64,000 bases of DNA from Minutocellus sp. GHC0000111 (Eukaryota). The position numbers and the translations under genes are program-made. Every line of letters begins with the position of its first letter. Positions within the stretch are counted from its first letter, which is position 1. Below are positions 23,484 to 38,200 of the stretch, in pieces. Below the pieces are notes generated by a model. It searched no databases. It was not told where the DNA came from and saw only the letters and a program-made list of their open reading frames with translations. The stretch is taken from positions 868,001 through 932,000 of the forward strand of contig OZ361259.1 in the NCBI GenBank assembly GCA_977018835.1. The letters are read 5' to 3'.

Positions 23484-26400
23484 GGTTTTGTCTCGTCCTA
23501 AGCTCGCAGTGAGCTAATTCGAGCAATTCTTTTAGTGGAAACACAGAAATTGAACGGGGTTTCTTTGGTAAAACATGAATCGATCTGTTTGTTCGACACC
23601 AGCGGAATGGCCGACGGACCGGAAGGGGGTGGCCGCAAAGAGGCCGAGGGCGCCACCGGTGAAAGGGTGGTTTAGGATCTGCAGTAGAGCTGTTTTTATC
23701 ACCCACCACCATACCAAATCATAAAATTCAAAATCAACATATTCTGCAATGCTTGGGGTTTGGCCAAATACTTCTTCATATCCAGTCCTACCATCTCGTC
23801 CCCGTGAGAGTCTACTGAGCAATTCGGCTTCATGAACTAAACCAAAATCCCAAAGTCTCCTTGGAACACTTTTCTTTGCCATTTGACGTCGCCATCTCTC
23901 AGATAAGAATCCAATTTCACGCTCAGCGGCATGATTTTGACTGTAACGACCCCTTTCTTTGTGATTAAGCTGAATTCTCATTCGACGACAGTGCTTAACA
24001 AAATCAGCATGCTGACCAGAAAACTCACTCGCAAGATCGGTCATCAAAACCTGTGGAATACCAACTTCATCTGTAAAATCTTTAAGAGAATTGCCTGCAT
24101 CGTCCTCATTTCATTTTCTTCAACGGTACGAGAGACCTTAGATAAAGTGACATTACCAGGGTCCCACTGATCAGCTGTGATCACAATAACAGGAAGGTTA
24201 GACATTTCAAATTCAGTTGGTACACGAGATTCGAAGCTGACAATCGTCCCCGTGGTATCAAAGGGAATAAAAACATCATCATCGTCATTTGTGTTGCCTG
24301 AGATGCCAGCATCAGGTTCAAAAGGACTGTCTTGCACTTTCAAATAATTTGCTCGAAGCTGATTTGGGTTAATAAGAGAATGTTCTAATGAAGATCCAAA
24401 CCAAAGAAATTGTTCTCCTACCAGTAAATACTCTTTTCCAGAATTTTGATCAGTCCAAACAGTGCAGGCAGTGACAATTGGGACCTCCTTGATACTGCCA
24501 TACTTGTCGGTAAATGGTTGCACCTCACAAACCACATCAGAATATTTTAGCACAACCCAATTCTTACCGGCAATACAGGTGTCAGCATGTGTGTCCATTT
24601 CATTAGTGCTGAGAATGCCGGGTTTTGTCTCGTCCTAAGCTCGCAGTGAGCTAATTCGAGCAATTCTTTTAGTGGAAACACAGAAATTGAACGGGGTTTC
24701 TTTGGTAAAACATGAATCGATCTGTTTGTTCGACACCAGCGGAATGGCCGACGGACCGGAAGGGGGTGGCCGCAAAGAGGCCGAGGGCGCCACCGGTGAA
24801 AGGGTGGTTTAGGATCTGCAGTAGAGCTGTTTTTATCACCCACCACCATACCAAATCATAAAATTCAAAATCAACATATTCTGCAATGCTTGGGGTTTGG
24901 CCAAATACTTCTTCATATCCAGTCCTACCATCTCGTCCCCGTGAGAGTCTACTGAGCAATTCGGCTTCATGAACTAAACCAAAATCCCAAAGTCTCCTTG
25001 GAACACTTTTCTTTGCCATTTGACGTCGCCATCTCTCAGATAAGAATCCAATTTCACGCTCAGCGGCATGATTTTGACTGTAACGACCCCTTTCTTTGTG
25101 ATTAAGCTGAATTCTCATTCGACGACAGTGCTTAACAAAATCAGCATGCTGACCAGAAAACTCACTCGCAAGATCGGTCATCAAAACCTGTGGAATACCA
25201 ACTTCATCTGTAAAATCTTTAAGAGAATTGCCTGCATCGTCCTCATTTCATTTTCTTCAACGGTACGAGAGACCTTAGATAAAGTGACATTACCAGGGTC
25301 CCACTGATCAGCTGTGATCACAATAACAGGAAGGTTAGACATTTCAAATTCAGTTGGTACACGAGATTCGAAGCTGACAATCGTCCCCGTGGTATCAAAG
25401 GGAATAAAAACATCATCATCGTCATTTGTGTTGCCTGAGATGCCAGCATCAGGTTCAAAAGGACTGTCTTGCACTTTCAAATAATTTGCTCGAAGCTGAT
25501 TTGGGTTAATAAGAGAATGTTCTAATGAAGATCCAAACCAAAGAAATTGTTCTCCTACCAGTAAATACTCTTTTCCAGAATTTTGATCAGTCCAAACAGT
25601 GCAGGCAGTGACAATTGGGACCTCCTTGATACTGCCATACTTGTCGGTAAATGGTTGCACCTCACAAACCACATCAGAATATTTTAGCACAACCCAATTC
25701 TTACCGGCAATACAGGTGTCAGCATGTGTGTCCATTTCATTAGTGCTGAGAGTGCCGGGTTTTGTCTCGTCCTAAGCTCGCAGTGAGCTAATTCGAGCAA
25801 TTCTTTTAGTGGAAACACAGAAATTGAACGGGGTTTCTTTGGTAAAACATGAATCGATCTGTTTGTTCGACACCAGCGGAATGGCCGACGGACCGGAAGG
25901 GGGTGGCCGCAAAGAGGCCGAGGGCGCCACCGGTGAAAGGGTGGTTTAGGATCTGCAGTAGAGCTGTTTTTATCACCCACCACCATACCAAATCATAAAA
26001 TTCAAAATCAACATATTCTGCAATGCTTGGGGTTTGGCCAAATACTTCTTCATATCCAGTCCTACCATCTCGTCCCCGTGAGAGTCTACTGAGCAATTCG
26101 GCTTCATGAACTAAACCAAAATCCCAAAGTCTCCTTGGAACACTTTTCTTTGCCATTTGACGTCGCCATCTCTCAGATAAGAATCCAATTTCACGCTCAG
26201 CGGCATGATTTTGACTGTAACGACCCCTTTCTTTGTGATTAAGCTGAATTCTCATTCGACGACAGTGCTTAACAAAATCAGCATGCTGACCAGAAAACTC
26301 ACTCGCAAGATCGGTCATCAAAACCTGTGGAATACCAACTTCATCTGTAAAATCTTTAAGAGAATTGCCTGCATCGTCCTCATTTCATTTTCTTCAACGG

Positions 26401-29023
26401 TACGAGAGACCTTAGATAAAGTGACATTACCAGGGTCCCACTGATCAGCTGTGATCACAATAACAGGAAGGTTAGACATTTCAAATTCAGTTGGTACACG
26501 AGATTCGAAGCTGACAATCGTCCCCGTGGTATCAAAGGGAATAAAAACATCATCATCGTCATTTGTGTTGCCTGAGATGCCAGCATCAGGTTCAAAAGGA
26601 CTGTCTTGCACTTTCAAATAATTTGCTCGAAGCTGATTTGGGTTAATAAGAGAATGTTCTAATGAAGATCCAAACCAAAGAAATTGTTCTCCTACCAGTA
26701 AATACTCTTTTCCAGAATTTTGATCAGTCCAAACAGTGCAGGCAGTGACAATTGGGACCTCCTTGATACTGCCATACTTGTCGGTAAATGGTTGCACCTC
26801 ACAAACCACATCAGAATATTTTAGCACAACCCAATTCTTACCGGCAATACAGGTGTCAGCATGTGTGTCCATTTCATTAGTGCTGAGAATGCCGGGTTTT
26901 GTCTCGTCCTAAGCTCGCAGTGAGCTAATTCGAGCAATTCTTTTAGTGGAAACACAGAAATTGAACGGGGTTTCTTTGGTAAAACATGAATCGATCTGTT
27001 TGTTCGACACCAGCGGAATGGCCGACGGACCGGAAGGGGGTGGCCGCAAAGAGGCCGAGGGCGCCACCGGTGAAAGGGTGGTTTAGGATCTGCAGTAGAG
27101 CTGTTTTTATCACCCACCACCATACCAAATCATAAAATTCAAAATCAACATATTCTGCAATGCTTGGGGTTTGGCCAAATACTTCTTCATATCCAGTCCT
27201 ACCATCTCGTCCCCGTGAGAGTCTACTGAGCAATTCGGCTTCATGAACTAAACCAAAATCCCAAAGTCTCCTTGGAACACTTTTCTTTGCCATTTGACGT
27301 CGCCATCTCTCAGATAAGAATCCAATTTCACGCTCAGCGGCATGATTTTGACTGTAACGACCCCTTTCTTTGTGATTAAGCTGAATTCTCATTCGACGAC
27401 AGTGCTTAACAAAATCAGCATGCTGACCAGAAAACTCACTCGCAAGATCGGTCATCAAAACCTGTGGAATACCAACTTCATCTGTAAAATCTTTAAGAGA
27501 ATTGCCTGCATCGTCCTCATTTCATTTTCTTCAACGGTACGAGAGACCTTAGATAAAGTGACATTACCAGGGTCCCACTGATCAGCTGTGATCACAATAA
27601 CAGGAAGGTTAGACATTTCAAATTCAGTTGGTACACGAGATTCGAAGCTGACAATCGTCCCCGTGGTATCAAAGGGAATAAAAACATCATCATCGTCATT
27701 TGTGTTGCCTGAGATGCCAGCATCAGGTTCAAAAGGACTGTCTTGCACTTTCAAATAATTTGCTCGAAGCTGATTTGGGTTAATAAGAGAATGTTCTAAT
27801 GAAGATCCAAACCAAAGAAATTGTTCTCCTACCAGTAAATACTCTTTTCCAGAATTTTGATCAGTCCAAACAGTGCAGGCAGTGACAATTGGGACCTCCT
27901 TGATACTGCCATACTTGTCGGTAAATGGTTGCACCTCACAAACCACATCAGAATATTTTAGCACAACCCAATTCTTACCGGCAATACAGGTGTCAGCATG
28001 TGTGTCCATTTCATTAGTGCTGAGAGTGCCGGGTTTTGTCTCGTCCTAAGCTCGCAGTGAGCTAATTCGAGCAATTCTTTTAGTGGAAACACAGAAATTG
28101 AACGGGGTTTCTTTGGTAAAACATGAATCGATCTGTTTGTTCGACACCAGCGGAATGGCCGACGGACCGGAAGGGGGTGGCCGCAAAGAGGCCGAGGGCG
28201 CCACCGGTGAAAGGGTGGTTTAGGATCTGCAGTAGAGCTGTTTTTATCACCCACCACCATACCAAATCATAAAATTCAAAATCAACATATTCTGCAATGC
28301 TTGGGGTTTGGCCAAATACTTCTTCATATCCAGTCCTACCATCTCGTCCCCGTGAGAGTCTACTGAGCAATTCGGCTTCATGAACTAAACCAAAATCCCA
28401 AAGTCTCCTTGGAACACTTTTCTTTGCCATTTGACGTCGCCATCTCTCAGATAAGAATCCAATTTCACGCTCAGCGGCATGATTTTGACTGTAACGACCC
28501 CTTTCTTTGTGATTAAGCTGAATTCTCATTCGACGACAGTGCTTAACAAAATCAGCATGCTGACCAGAAAACTCACTCGCAAGATCGGTCATCAAAACCT
28601 GTGGAATACCAACTTCATCTGTAAAATCTTTAAGAGAATTGCCTGCATCGTCCTCATTTCATTTTCTTCAACGGTACGAGAGACCTTAGATAAAGTGACA
28701 TTACCAGGGTCCCACTGATCAGCTGTGATCACAATAACAGGAAGGTTAGACATTTCAAATTCAGTTGGTACACGAGATTCGAAGCTGACAATCGTCCCCG
28801 TGGTATCAAAGGGAATAAAAACATCATCATCGTCATTTGTGTTGCCTGAGATGCCAGCATCAGGTTCAAAAGGACTGTCTTGCACTTTCAAATAATTTGC
28901 TCGAAGCTGATTTGGGTTAATAAGAGAATGTTCTAATGAAGATCCAAACCAAAGAAATTGTTCTCCTACCAGTAAATACTCTTTTCCAGAATTTTGATCA
29001 GTCCAAACAGTGCAGGCAGTGAC
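23484..29023 (-). repeat. Tandem array of a 1137-bp unit (~4.9 copies) of an internally deleted copia protease + integrase
   Basis: Identical ORF sets recur at a 1137-bp period (24044, 25181, 26318, 27455, 28592). The array runs into the gap. Confidence 0.95.
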
Positions 29024-29223
29024 NNNNNNNNNNNNNNNNNNNNNNNNNNNNNNNNNNNNNNNNNNNNNNNNNNNNNNNNNNNNNNNNNNNNNNNNNNNNN
29101 NNNNNNNNNNNNNNNNNNNNNNNNNNNNNNNNNNNNNNNNNNNNNNNNNNNNNNNNNNNNNNNNNNNNNNNNNNNNNNNNNNNNNNNNNNNNNNNNNNNN
29201 NNNNNNNNNNNNNNNNNNNNNNN
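29024..29223. other. Assembly gap (200 N)
   Basis: Run of N. Confidence 1.
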
Positions 29224-32200
29224 CAATCCTGTTAGGGTAAATTCAAAACCAGACGAGTCAAAAAAACTTGGTGACTCGGACGGAATTGAAGACGGGACAT
29301 CGGATTGAGAAGGCATTGAAGACGGGACATCGGAAGGAGATTGAGAAGGCAATGAAGACGGGACATCGGAAGGAGATTGAGAAGGCAATAGAGACGGGGC
29401 TTTGGTAGGTGGATTTGTACTGGGGGCCGGGGGGGACGGGGGTGGTGACGGGAGGAGGATTAGTCGGCGGGGCCAATGTAGGAGGTGGATTTGTACTGGG
29501 GACCGGGGGGACGGGGGTGGTGACGGGAGGAGGATTAGTTGGCGGGGCCATCGTAGGAGGTGGATTTGTACCCAGTGGCTGAAGGTCTACCACCGAGCCT
29601 CCGATCAGATTCCCGAATGAGTCGGAGTGTCACCATCGGATGCTGGAGCAAAATCCCAAGTTCCTCACCATCGGATGTACCAAGTGCGGCACCAGTTAGA
29701 ATTAAAGGCCACAACCACCATCTATTACACCAGTTAGAATTAAAGGCCACAACCACCATCTATTATAAACTGAATGTAGGCATCATTTTGAAAGCAGAAG
29801 TTCCCCACGTCTTTACCAACGTCAACGACGATAAACACTGTGCCATTGCCTTCTTCGTGAAATGCATTGTATGTCGAGACAGGAATGACAAAAGACTCCC
29901 TCAAGAATTCTGTCCTGCACTGCGTCATCATTGGGCCCATGAATCTGCCGATGAGAGGAAAAGCTGTTCCAGAGGTATTATTTAAAAAAAGAAATGGGCA
30001 TGTTCTTCTTCACTTCCTCCATCGTAATCACCCCTGATAAAAATCCGCAGTTCAACACTGAGAGTAGCTCTTGGCAATCCTGTTAGGGTAAATTCAAAAC
30101 CAGACGAGTCAAAAAAACTTGGTGACTCGGACGGAATTGAAGACGGGACATCGGATTGAGAAGGCATTGAAGACGGGACATCGGAAGGAGATTGAGAAGG
30201 CAATGAAGACGGGACATCGGAAGGAGATTGAGAAGGCAATAGAGACGGGGCTTTGGTAGGTGGATTTGTACTGGGGGCCGGGGGGACGGTGGATTTGTAC
30301 TGGGGGCCGGGGGACGGGGGTGGTGACGGGAGGAGGATTAGTCGGCGGGGCCAATGTAGGAGGTGGATTTGTACTGGGGACCGGGGGACGGGGTTGGTGA
30401 CGGGAGGAGGATTAGTTGGCGGGGCCATCGTAGGAGGTGGATTTGTACCCAGTGGCTGAAGGTCTACCACCGAGCCTCCGATCAGATTCCCGAATGAGTC
30501 GGAGTGTCACCATCGGATGCTGGAGCAAAATCCCAAGTTCCTCACCATCGGATGTACCAAGTGCGGCACCAGTTAGAATTAAAGGCCACAACCACCATCT
30601 ATTACACCAGTTAGAATTAAAGGCCACAACCACCATCTATTATAAACTGAATGTAGGCATCATTTTGAAAGCAGAAGTTCCCCACGTCTTTACCAACGTC
30701 AACGACGATAAACACTGTGCCATTGCCTTCTTCGTGAAATGCATTGTATGTCGAGACAGGAATGACAAAAGACTCCCTCAAGAATTCTGTCCTGCACTGC
30801 GTCATCATTGGGCCCATGAATCTGCCGATGAGAGGAAAAGCTGTTCCAGAGGTATTATTTAAAAAAAAGAAATGGGCATGTTCTTCTTCACTTCCTCCAT
30901 CGTAATCACCCCTGATAAAAATCCGCAGTTCAACACTGAGAGTAGCTCTTGGCAATCCTGTTAGGGTAAATTCAAAACCAGACGAGTCAAAAAAACTTGG
31001 TGACTCGGACGGAATTGAAGACGGGACATCGGATTGAGAAGGCATTGAAGACGGGACATCGGAAGGAGATTGAGAAGGCAATGAAGACGGGACATCGGAA
31101 GGAGATTGAGAAGGCAATAGAGACGGGGCTTTGGTAGGTGGATTTGTACTGGGGGCCGGGGGGACGGTGGATTTGTACTGGGGGCCGGGGGGACGGGGGT
31201 GGTGACGGGAGGAGGATTAGTCGGCGGGGCCAATGTAGGAGGTGGATTTGTACTGGGGGCCGGGGGGACGGGGGTGGTGACAGGAGGAGGATTCGTTGGC
31301 GGGGCCATTGTAGGAGGTGGATTTGTACCCAGTGGCTGAAGGTCTACCACCGAGCCTCCGATCAGATTCCCGAATGAGTCGGAGTGTCACCATCGGATGC
31401 TGGAGCAAAATCCCAAGTTCCTCACCATCGGATGTACCAAGTGCGGCACCAGTTAGAATTAAAGGCCACAACCACCATCTATTACACCAGTTAGAATTAA
31501 AGGCCACAACCACCATCTATTATAAACTGAATGTAGGCATCATTTTGAAAGCAGAAGTTCCCCACGTCTTTACCAACGTCAACGACGATAAACACTGTGC
31601 CATTGCCTTCTTCGTGAAATGCATTGTATGTCGAGAAAGGAATGACAAAAGACTCCCTCAAGAATTCTGTCCTGCACTGCGTCATCATTGGGCCCATGAA
31701 TCTGCCGATGAGAGGAAAAGCTGTTCCAGAGGTATTATTTAAAAAAAAGAAATGGGCATGTTCTTCTTCACTTCCTCCATCGTAATCACCCCTGATAAAA
31801 ATCCGCAGTTCAACACTGAGAGTAGCTCTTGGCAATCCTGTTAGGGTAAATTCAAAACCTCCTCCGGCAGAATCAAGCATTTCTAGTGATGAACGGCAAG
31901 GGTTCGTCGATTCAAAGTCAGACGAGTCAAAAAAACTTGGTGACTCGGACGGAATTGAAGACGGGACATCGGATTGAGAAGGCATTGAAGACGGGACATC
32001 GGAAAAAGTTTGAGAAGGCAATGAAGACGGGACATCGGAAGGAGATTGAGAAGGCAATGAAGACGGGACATCGGAAGGAGATTGAGAAGGCAATGAAGAC
32101 GGGACATCGGAAGGAGATTGAGAAGGCAATGAAGACGGGACATCGGAAGGAGATTGAGAAGGCAATGAAGACGGGACATCGGAAGGAGATTGAGAAGGCA

Positions 32201-35200
32201 ATAAAGACGGGGCTTTGGTAGGTGGATTTGTACTGGGGGCCGGGGGGACGGTGGATTTGTACTGGGGGCCGGGGGAACGGGGGTGGTGTTAAAAAAAGAA
32301 ATCGGCATGTTCTTCTTCACTTCCTCCATCGTAATCACCCCTGATAAAAATCCGCAGTTCAACACTGAGAGTAGCTCTTGGCAATCCTGTTAGGGTAAAT
32401 TCAAAACCTCCTCCGGCAGAATCAAGCATTTCTAGTGATGAACGGCAAGGGTTCGTCGATTCAAAGTCAGACGAGTCAAAAAAACTTGGTGACTCGGACG
32501 GAATTGAAGACGGGACATCGGACTCGGAAGGAGATTGAGAAGGCATTGAAGACGGGACATCGGAAAAAGTTTGAGAAGGCAATGAAGACGGGACATCGGA
32601 AGGAGATTGAGAAGGCAATGAAGACGGGACATCGGAAGGAGATTGAGAAGGCAATGAAGACGGGACATCGGAAGGAGATTGAGAAGGCAATGAAGACGGG
32701 ACATCGGAAGGAGATTGAGAAGGCAATGAAGACGGGACATCGGAAGGAGATTGAGAAGGCAATAAAGACGGGGCTTTGGTAGGTGGATTTGTACTGGGGG
32801 CCGGGGGGACGGGGGTGGTGACGGGAGGAGGATTAGTCGGCGGGGCCATTGTAGGAGGTGGATTTGTACTGGGGGCCGGGGGGACGGGGGTGGTGACGGG
32901 AGGAGGATTAGTCGGCGGGGCCATTGTAGGAGGTGGATTTGTACTGGGGGCCGGGGGGACGGGGGTGGTGACGGGAGGAGGATTAGTCGGCGGGGCCATT
33001 GTAGGAGGTGGATTTGTACTGGGGGCCGGGGGGACGGGGGTGGTGACGGGAGGAGGATTAGTCGGCGGGGCCAATGTAGGAGGTGGATTTGTACTGGGGG
33101 CCGGGGGACGGGGGTGGTGACGGGAGGAGGATTAGTCGGCGGGGCCATTGTAGGAGGTGGAATTGTACTGGGGGCCGGGGGGACGGGGGTGGTGACGGGA
33201 GGAGGATTAGTCGGCGGGGCCATTGTAGGAGGTGGATTTGTACTGGGGGCCGGGGGGACGGGGGTGGTGACGGGAGGAGGATTAGTCGGCGGGGCCATTG
33301 TAGGAGGTGGATTTGTACTGGGGACCGGGGGGACGGGGGTGGTGACGGGAGGAGGATTAGTTGGCGGGGCCATTGTAGGAGGTGGATTTGTACCCAGTGG
33401 CTGAAGGTCTACCACCGAGCCTCCGATCAGATTCCCGAATGAGTCGGAGTGTCACCATCGGATGCTGGAGCAAAATCCCAAGTTCCTCACCATCGGATGT
33501 ACCAAGTGCGGCACCAGTTAGAATTAAAGGCCACAACCACCATCTATTACACCAGTTAGAATTAAAGGCCACAACCACCATCTATTATAAACTGAATGTA
33601 GGCATCATTTTGAAAGCAGAAGTTCCCCACGTCTTTACCAACGTCAACGACGATAAACACTGTGCCATTGCCTTCTTCGTGAAATGCATTGTATGTCGAG
33701 AAAGGAATGACAAAAGACTCCCTCAAGAATTCTGTCCTGCACTGCGTCATCATTGGGCCCATGAATCTGCCGATGAGAGGAAAAGCTTTTCCAGAGGTAT
33801 TATTTAAAAAAAAGAAATGGGCATGTTCTTCTTCACTTCCTCCATCGCAATCACCCCTGATAAAAATCCGCAGTTCAACACTGAGAGTAGCTCTTGGCAA
33901 TCCTGTTAGGGTAAATTCAAAACCTCCTCCGGCAGAATCAAGCATTTCTAGTGATGAACGGCAAGGGTTCGTCGATTCAAAGTCAGACGAGTCAAAAAAA
34001 CTTGGTGACTCGGACGGAATTGAAGACGGGACATCGGATTGAGAAGGCATTGAAGACGGGACATCGGAAAAAGTTTGAGAAGGCAATGAAGACGGGACAT
34101 CGGAAGGAGATTGAGAAGGCAATGAAGACGGGACATCGGAAGGAGATTGAGAAGGCAATGAAGACGGGACATCGGAAGGAGATTGAGAAGGCAATAAAGA
34201 CGGGGCTTTGGTAGGTGGATTTGTACTGGGGGCCGGGGGGACGGGGGTGGTGACGGGAGGAGGATTAGTCGGCGGGGCCAATGTAGGAGGTGGATTTGTA
34301 CTGGGGGCCGGGGGGACGGGGGTGGTGACGGGAGGAGGATTAGTCGGCGGGGCCATTGTAGGAGGTGGATTTGTACTGGGGGCCGGGGGGACGGGGGTGG
34401 TGACGGGAGGAGGATTAGTCGGCGGGGCCATTGTAGGAGGTGGATTTGTACTGGGGGCCGGGGGGACGGGGGTGGTGACGGGAGGAGGATTAGTCGGAGG
34501 TGCCAATGTAGGAGGTGGATTTGTACTGGGGGCCGGGGGGATGGGGGTGGTGACGGGAGGAGGATTAGTCGGCGGTGCCAATGTAGGAGGTGGATTTGTA
34601 CTGGGGGCCGGGGGGACGGGGGTGGTGACGGGAGGAGGATTAGTCGGCGGTGCCATTGTAGGAGGTGGATTTGTACTGGGGGCCGGGGGGACATCAGAAG
34701 GAGATTGAGAAGGCATTGAAGACGAGACATCGGAAGGAGATTGAGAAGGCAATGAAGACGGGACATCGGAAGGAGATTGAGAAGGCAATAAAGACGGGGC
34801 TTTGGTAGGTGGATTTGTACTGGGGGCCGGGGGGACGGGGGTGGTGACGGGAGGAGGATTAGTTGGCGGGGCCATCGTAGGAGGTGGATTTGTACCCAGT
34901 GGCTGAAGGTCTACCACCGAGCCTCCGATCAGATTCCCGAATGAGTCGGAGTGTCACCATCGGATGCTGGAGCAAAATCCCAAGTTCCTCACCATCGGAT
35001 GTACCAAGTGCGGCACCAGTTAGAATTAAAGGCCACAACCACCATCTATTACACCAGTTAGAATTAAAGGCCACAACCACCATCTATTATAAACTGAATG
35101 TAGGCATCATTTTGAAAGCAGAAGTTCCCCACGTCTTTACCAACGTCAACGACGATAAACACTGTGCCATTGCCTTCTTCGTGAAATGCATTGTATGTCG

Positions 35201-38200
35201 AGACAGGAATGACAAAAGACTCCCTCAAGAATTCTGTCCTGCACTGCGTCATCATTGGGCCCATGAATCTGCCGATGAGAGGAAAAGCTGTTCCAGAGGT
35301 ATTATTTAAAAAAAAGAAATGGGCATGTTCTTCTTCACTTCCTCCATCGTAATCACCCCTGATAAAAATCCGCAGTTCAACACTGAGAGTAGCTCTTGGC
35401 AATCCTGTTAGGGTAAATTCAAAACCAGACGAGTCAAAAAAACTTGGTGACTCGGACGGAATTGAAGACGGGACATCGGATTGAGAAGGCATTGAAGACG
35501 GGACATCGGAAGGAGATTGAGAAGGCAATGAAGACGGGACATCGGAAGGAGATTGAGAAGGCAATAGAGACGGGGCTTTGGTAGGTGGATTTGTACTGGG
35601 GGCCGGGGGGACGGTGGATTTGTACTGGGGGCCGGGGGGACGGGGGTGGTGACGGGAGGAGGATTAGTCGGCGGGGCCAATGTAGGAGGTGGATTTGTAC
35701 TGGGGACCGGGGGGACGGGGGTGGTGACGGGAGGAGGATTAGTTGGCGGGGCCATCGTAGGAGGTGGATTTGTACCCAGTGGCTGAAGGTCTACCACCGA
35801 GCCTCCGATCAGATTCCCGAATGAGTCGGAGTGTCACCATCGGATGCTGGAGCAAAATCCCAAGTTCCTCACCATCGGATGTACCAAGTGCGGCACCAGT
35901 TAGAATTAAAGGCCACAACCACCATCTATTACACCAGTTAGAATTAAAGGCCACAACCACCATCTATTATAAACTGAATGTAGGCATCATTTTGAAAGCA
36001 GAAGTTCCCCACGTCTTTACCAACGTCAACGACGATAAACACTGTGCCATTGCCTTCTTCGTGAAATGCATTGTATGTCGAGACAGGAATGACAAAAGAC
36101 TCCCTCAAGAATTCTGTCCTGCACTGCGTCATCATTGGGCCCATGAATCTGCCGATGAGAGGAAAAGCTGTTCCAGAGGTATTATTTAAAAAAAAGAAAT
36201 CGGCATGTTCTTCTTCACTTCCTCCATCGTAATCACCCCTGATAAAAATCCGCAGTTCAACACTGAGAGTAGCTCTTGGCAATCCTGTTAGGGTAAATTC
36301 AAAACCTCCTCCGGCAGAATCAAGCATTTCTAGTGATGAACGGCAAGGGTTCGTCGATTCAAAGTCAGACGAGTCAAAAAAACTTGGTGACTCGGACGGA
36401 ATTGAAGACGGGACATCGGAAAAAGTTTGAGAAGGCAATGAAGACGGGACATCGGAAGGAGATTGAGAAGGCAATGAAGACGGGGCTTTGGTAGGTGGAT
36501 TTGTAATGGGGACCGAGCTTGGTGCATTTGAGAAAGTACCGCATCCCTCATCAACCTGGAACTGAATCAATGCTTCCGCATATGTTGGACCGCATGAGTC
36601 CACTGTCAGTGATGTGTCCATAAAGATGGCGATGGTACCGTTGCCCTCTTGAACCCATGAGTTGTAAGTATCGACAGAAACAAAGAAGGCCTGTTGGAAG
36701 TAGTCTGGTTCGCAGTCTCCGCCGCCGCCATTTCGCCCAATGAAGTTGTCCTGGTTTGCTGGCGGCGGCAGTGGTTCCGTGGCGTTGACCCAGAAGAAGT
36801 CAGCAAACTCAGAGTTCGAAGAAAAATCTCCTCTAACAAAAGTGCGCAGCTCGACGTAGAAGGAAGCCATCGGCATCGACGTGAGGGCGAAGGTGAGGCT
36901 ACCTCCAGGCGTTCCTGTGTCCATGGTTGGAGATGGAAGACACGAGGCTGCCGTCGGTTGCGATACGGGAGGTGGATTTGTACTGGGGGCCGGGGGGGCG
37001 ACGGGAGGAGGATTAGTTGGCGGTGCCAATGTAGGAGGTGGATTTGTACTGGGGGCCGGGGGGACGGGGGTGGTGACGGGAGGAGGATTAGTCGGCGGGG
37101 CCAATGTAGGAGGTGGATTTGTACTGGGGGCCGGGGGGACGGGGGTGGTGACAGGAGGAGGATTAGTTGGCGGGGCCATTGTAGGAGGTGGATTTGTACT
37201 GGGGACCGGGGGGACGGGGGTGGTGACGGGAGGAGGATTAGTTGGCGGGGCCATCGTAGGAGGTGGATTTGTACCCAGTGGCTGAAGGTCTACCACCGAG
37301 CCTCCGATCAGATTCCCGAATGAGTGGGAGTGTCACCATCGGATGCTGGAGCAAAATCCCAAGTTCCTCACCATCGGATGTACCAAGTGCGGCACCAGTT
37401 AGAATTAAAGGCCACAACCACCATCTGTTACACCAGTTAGAATTAAAGGCCACAACCACCATCTATTATAAACTGAATGTAGGCATCATTTTGAAAGCAG
37501 AAGTTCCCCACGTCTTTACCAACGTCAACGACGATAAACACTGTGCCATTGCCTTCTTCGTGAAATGCATTGTATGTCGAGACAGGAATGACAAAAGACT
37601 CCCTCAAGAATTCTGTCCTGCACTGCGTCATCATTGGGCCCATGAATCTGCCGATGAGAGGAAAAGCTGTTCCAGAGGTATTATTTAAAAAAAAGAAATG
37701 GGCATGTTCTTCTTCACTTCCTCCATCGTAATCACCCCTGATAAAAATCCGCAGTTCAACACTGAGAGTAGCTCTTGGCAATCCTGTTAGGGTAAATTCA
37801 AAACCTCCTCCGGCAGAATCAAGCATTTCTAGTGATGAACGGCAAGGGTTCGTCGATTCAAAGTCAGACGAGTCAAAAAAACTTGGTGACTCGGACGGAA
37901 TTGAAGACGGGACATCGGATTGAGAAGGCATTGAAGACGGGACATCGGAAGGAGATTGAGAAGGCAATGAAGACGGGACATCGGAAGGAGATTGAGAAGG
38001 CAATGAAGACGGGACATCGGAAGGAGATTGAGAAGGCAATGAAGACGGGACATCGGAAGGAGATTGAGAAGGCAATGAAGACGGGACATCCATCGGAAGG
38101 AGATTGAGAAGGCAATGAAGACGGGACATCCATCGGAAGGAGATTGAGAAGGCAATGAAGACGGGACATCGGAAGGAGATTGAGAAGGCAATGAAGACGG

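Noticed and set aside
17196..29023. Intact autonomous copia element
   Set aside because: No LTR pair, gag or RNase H was found, and the pieces are frameshifted and in opposing orientations.
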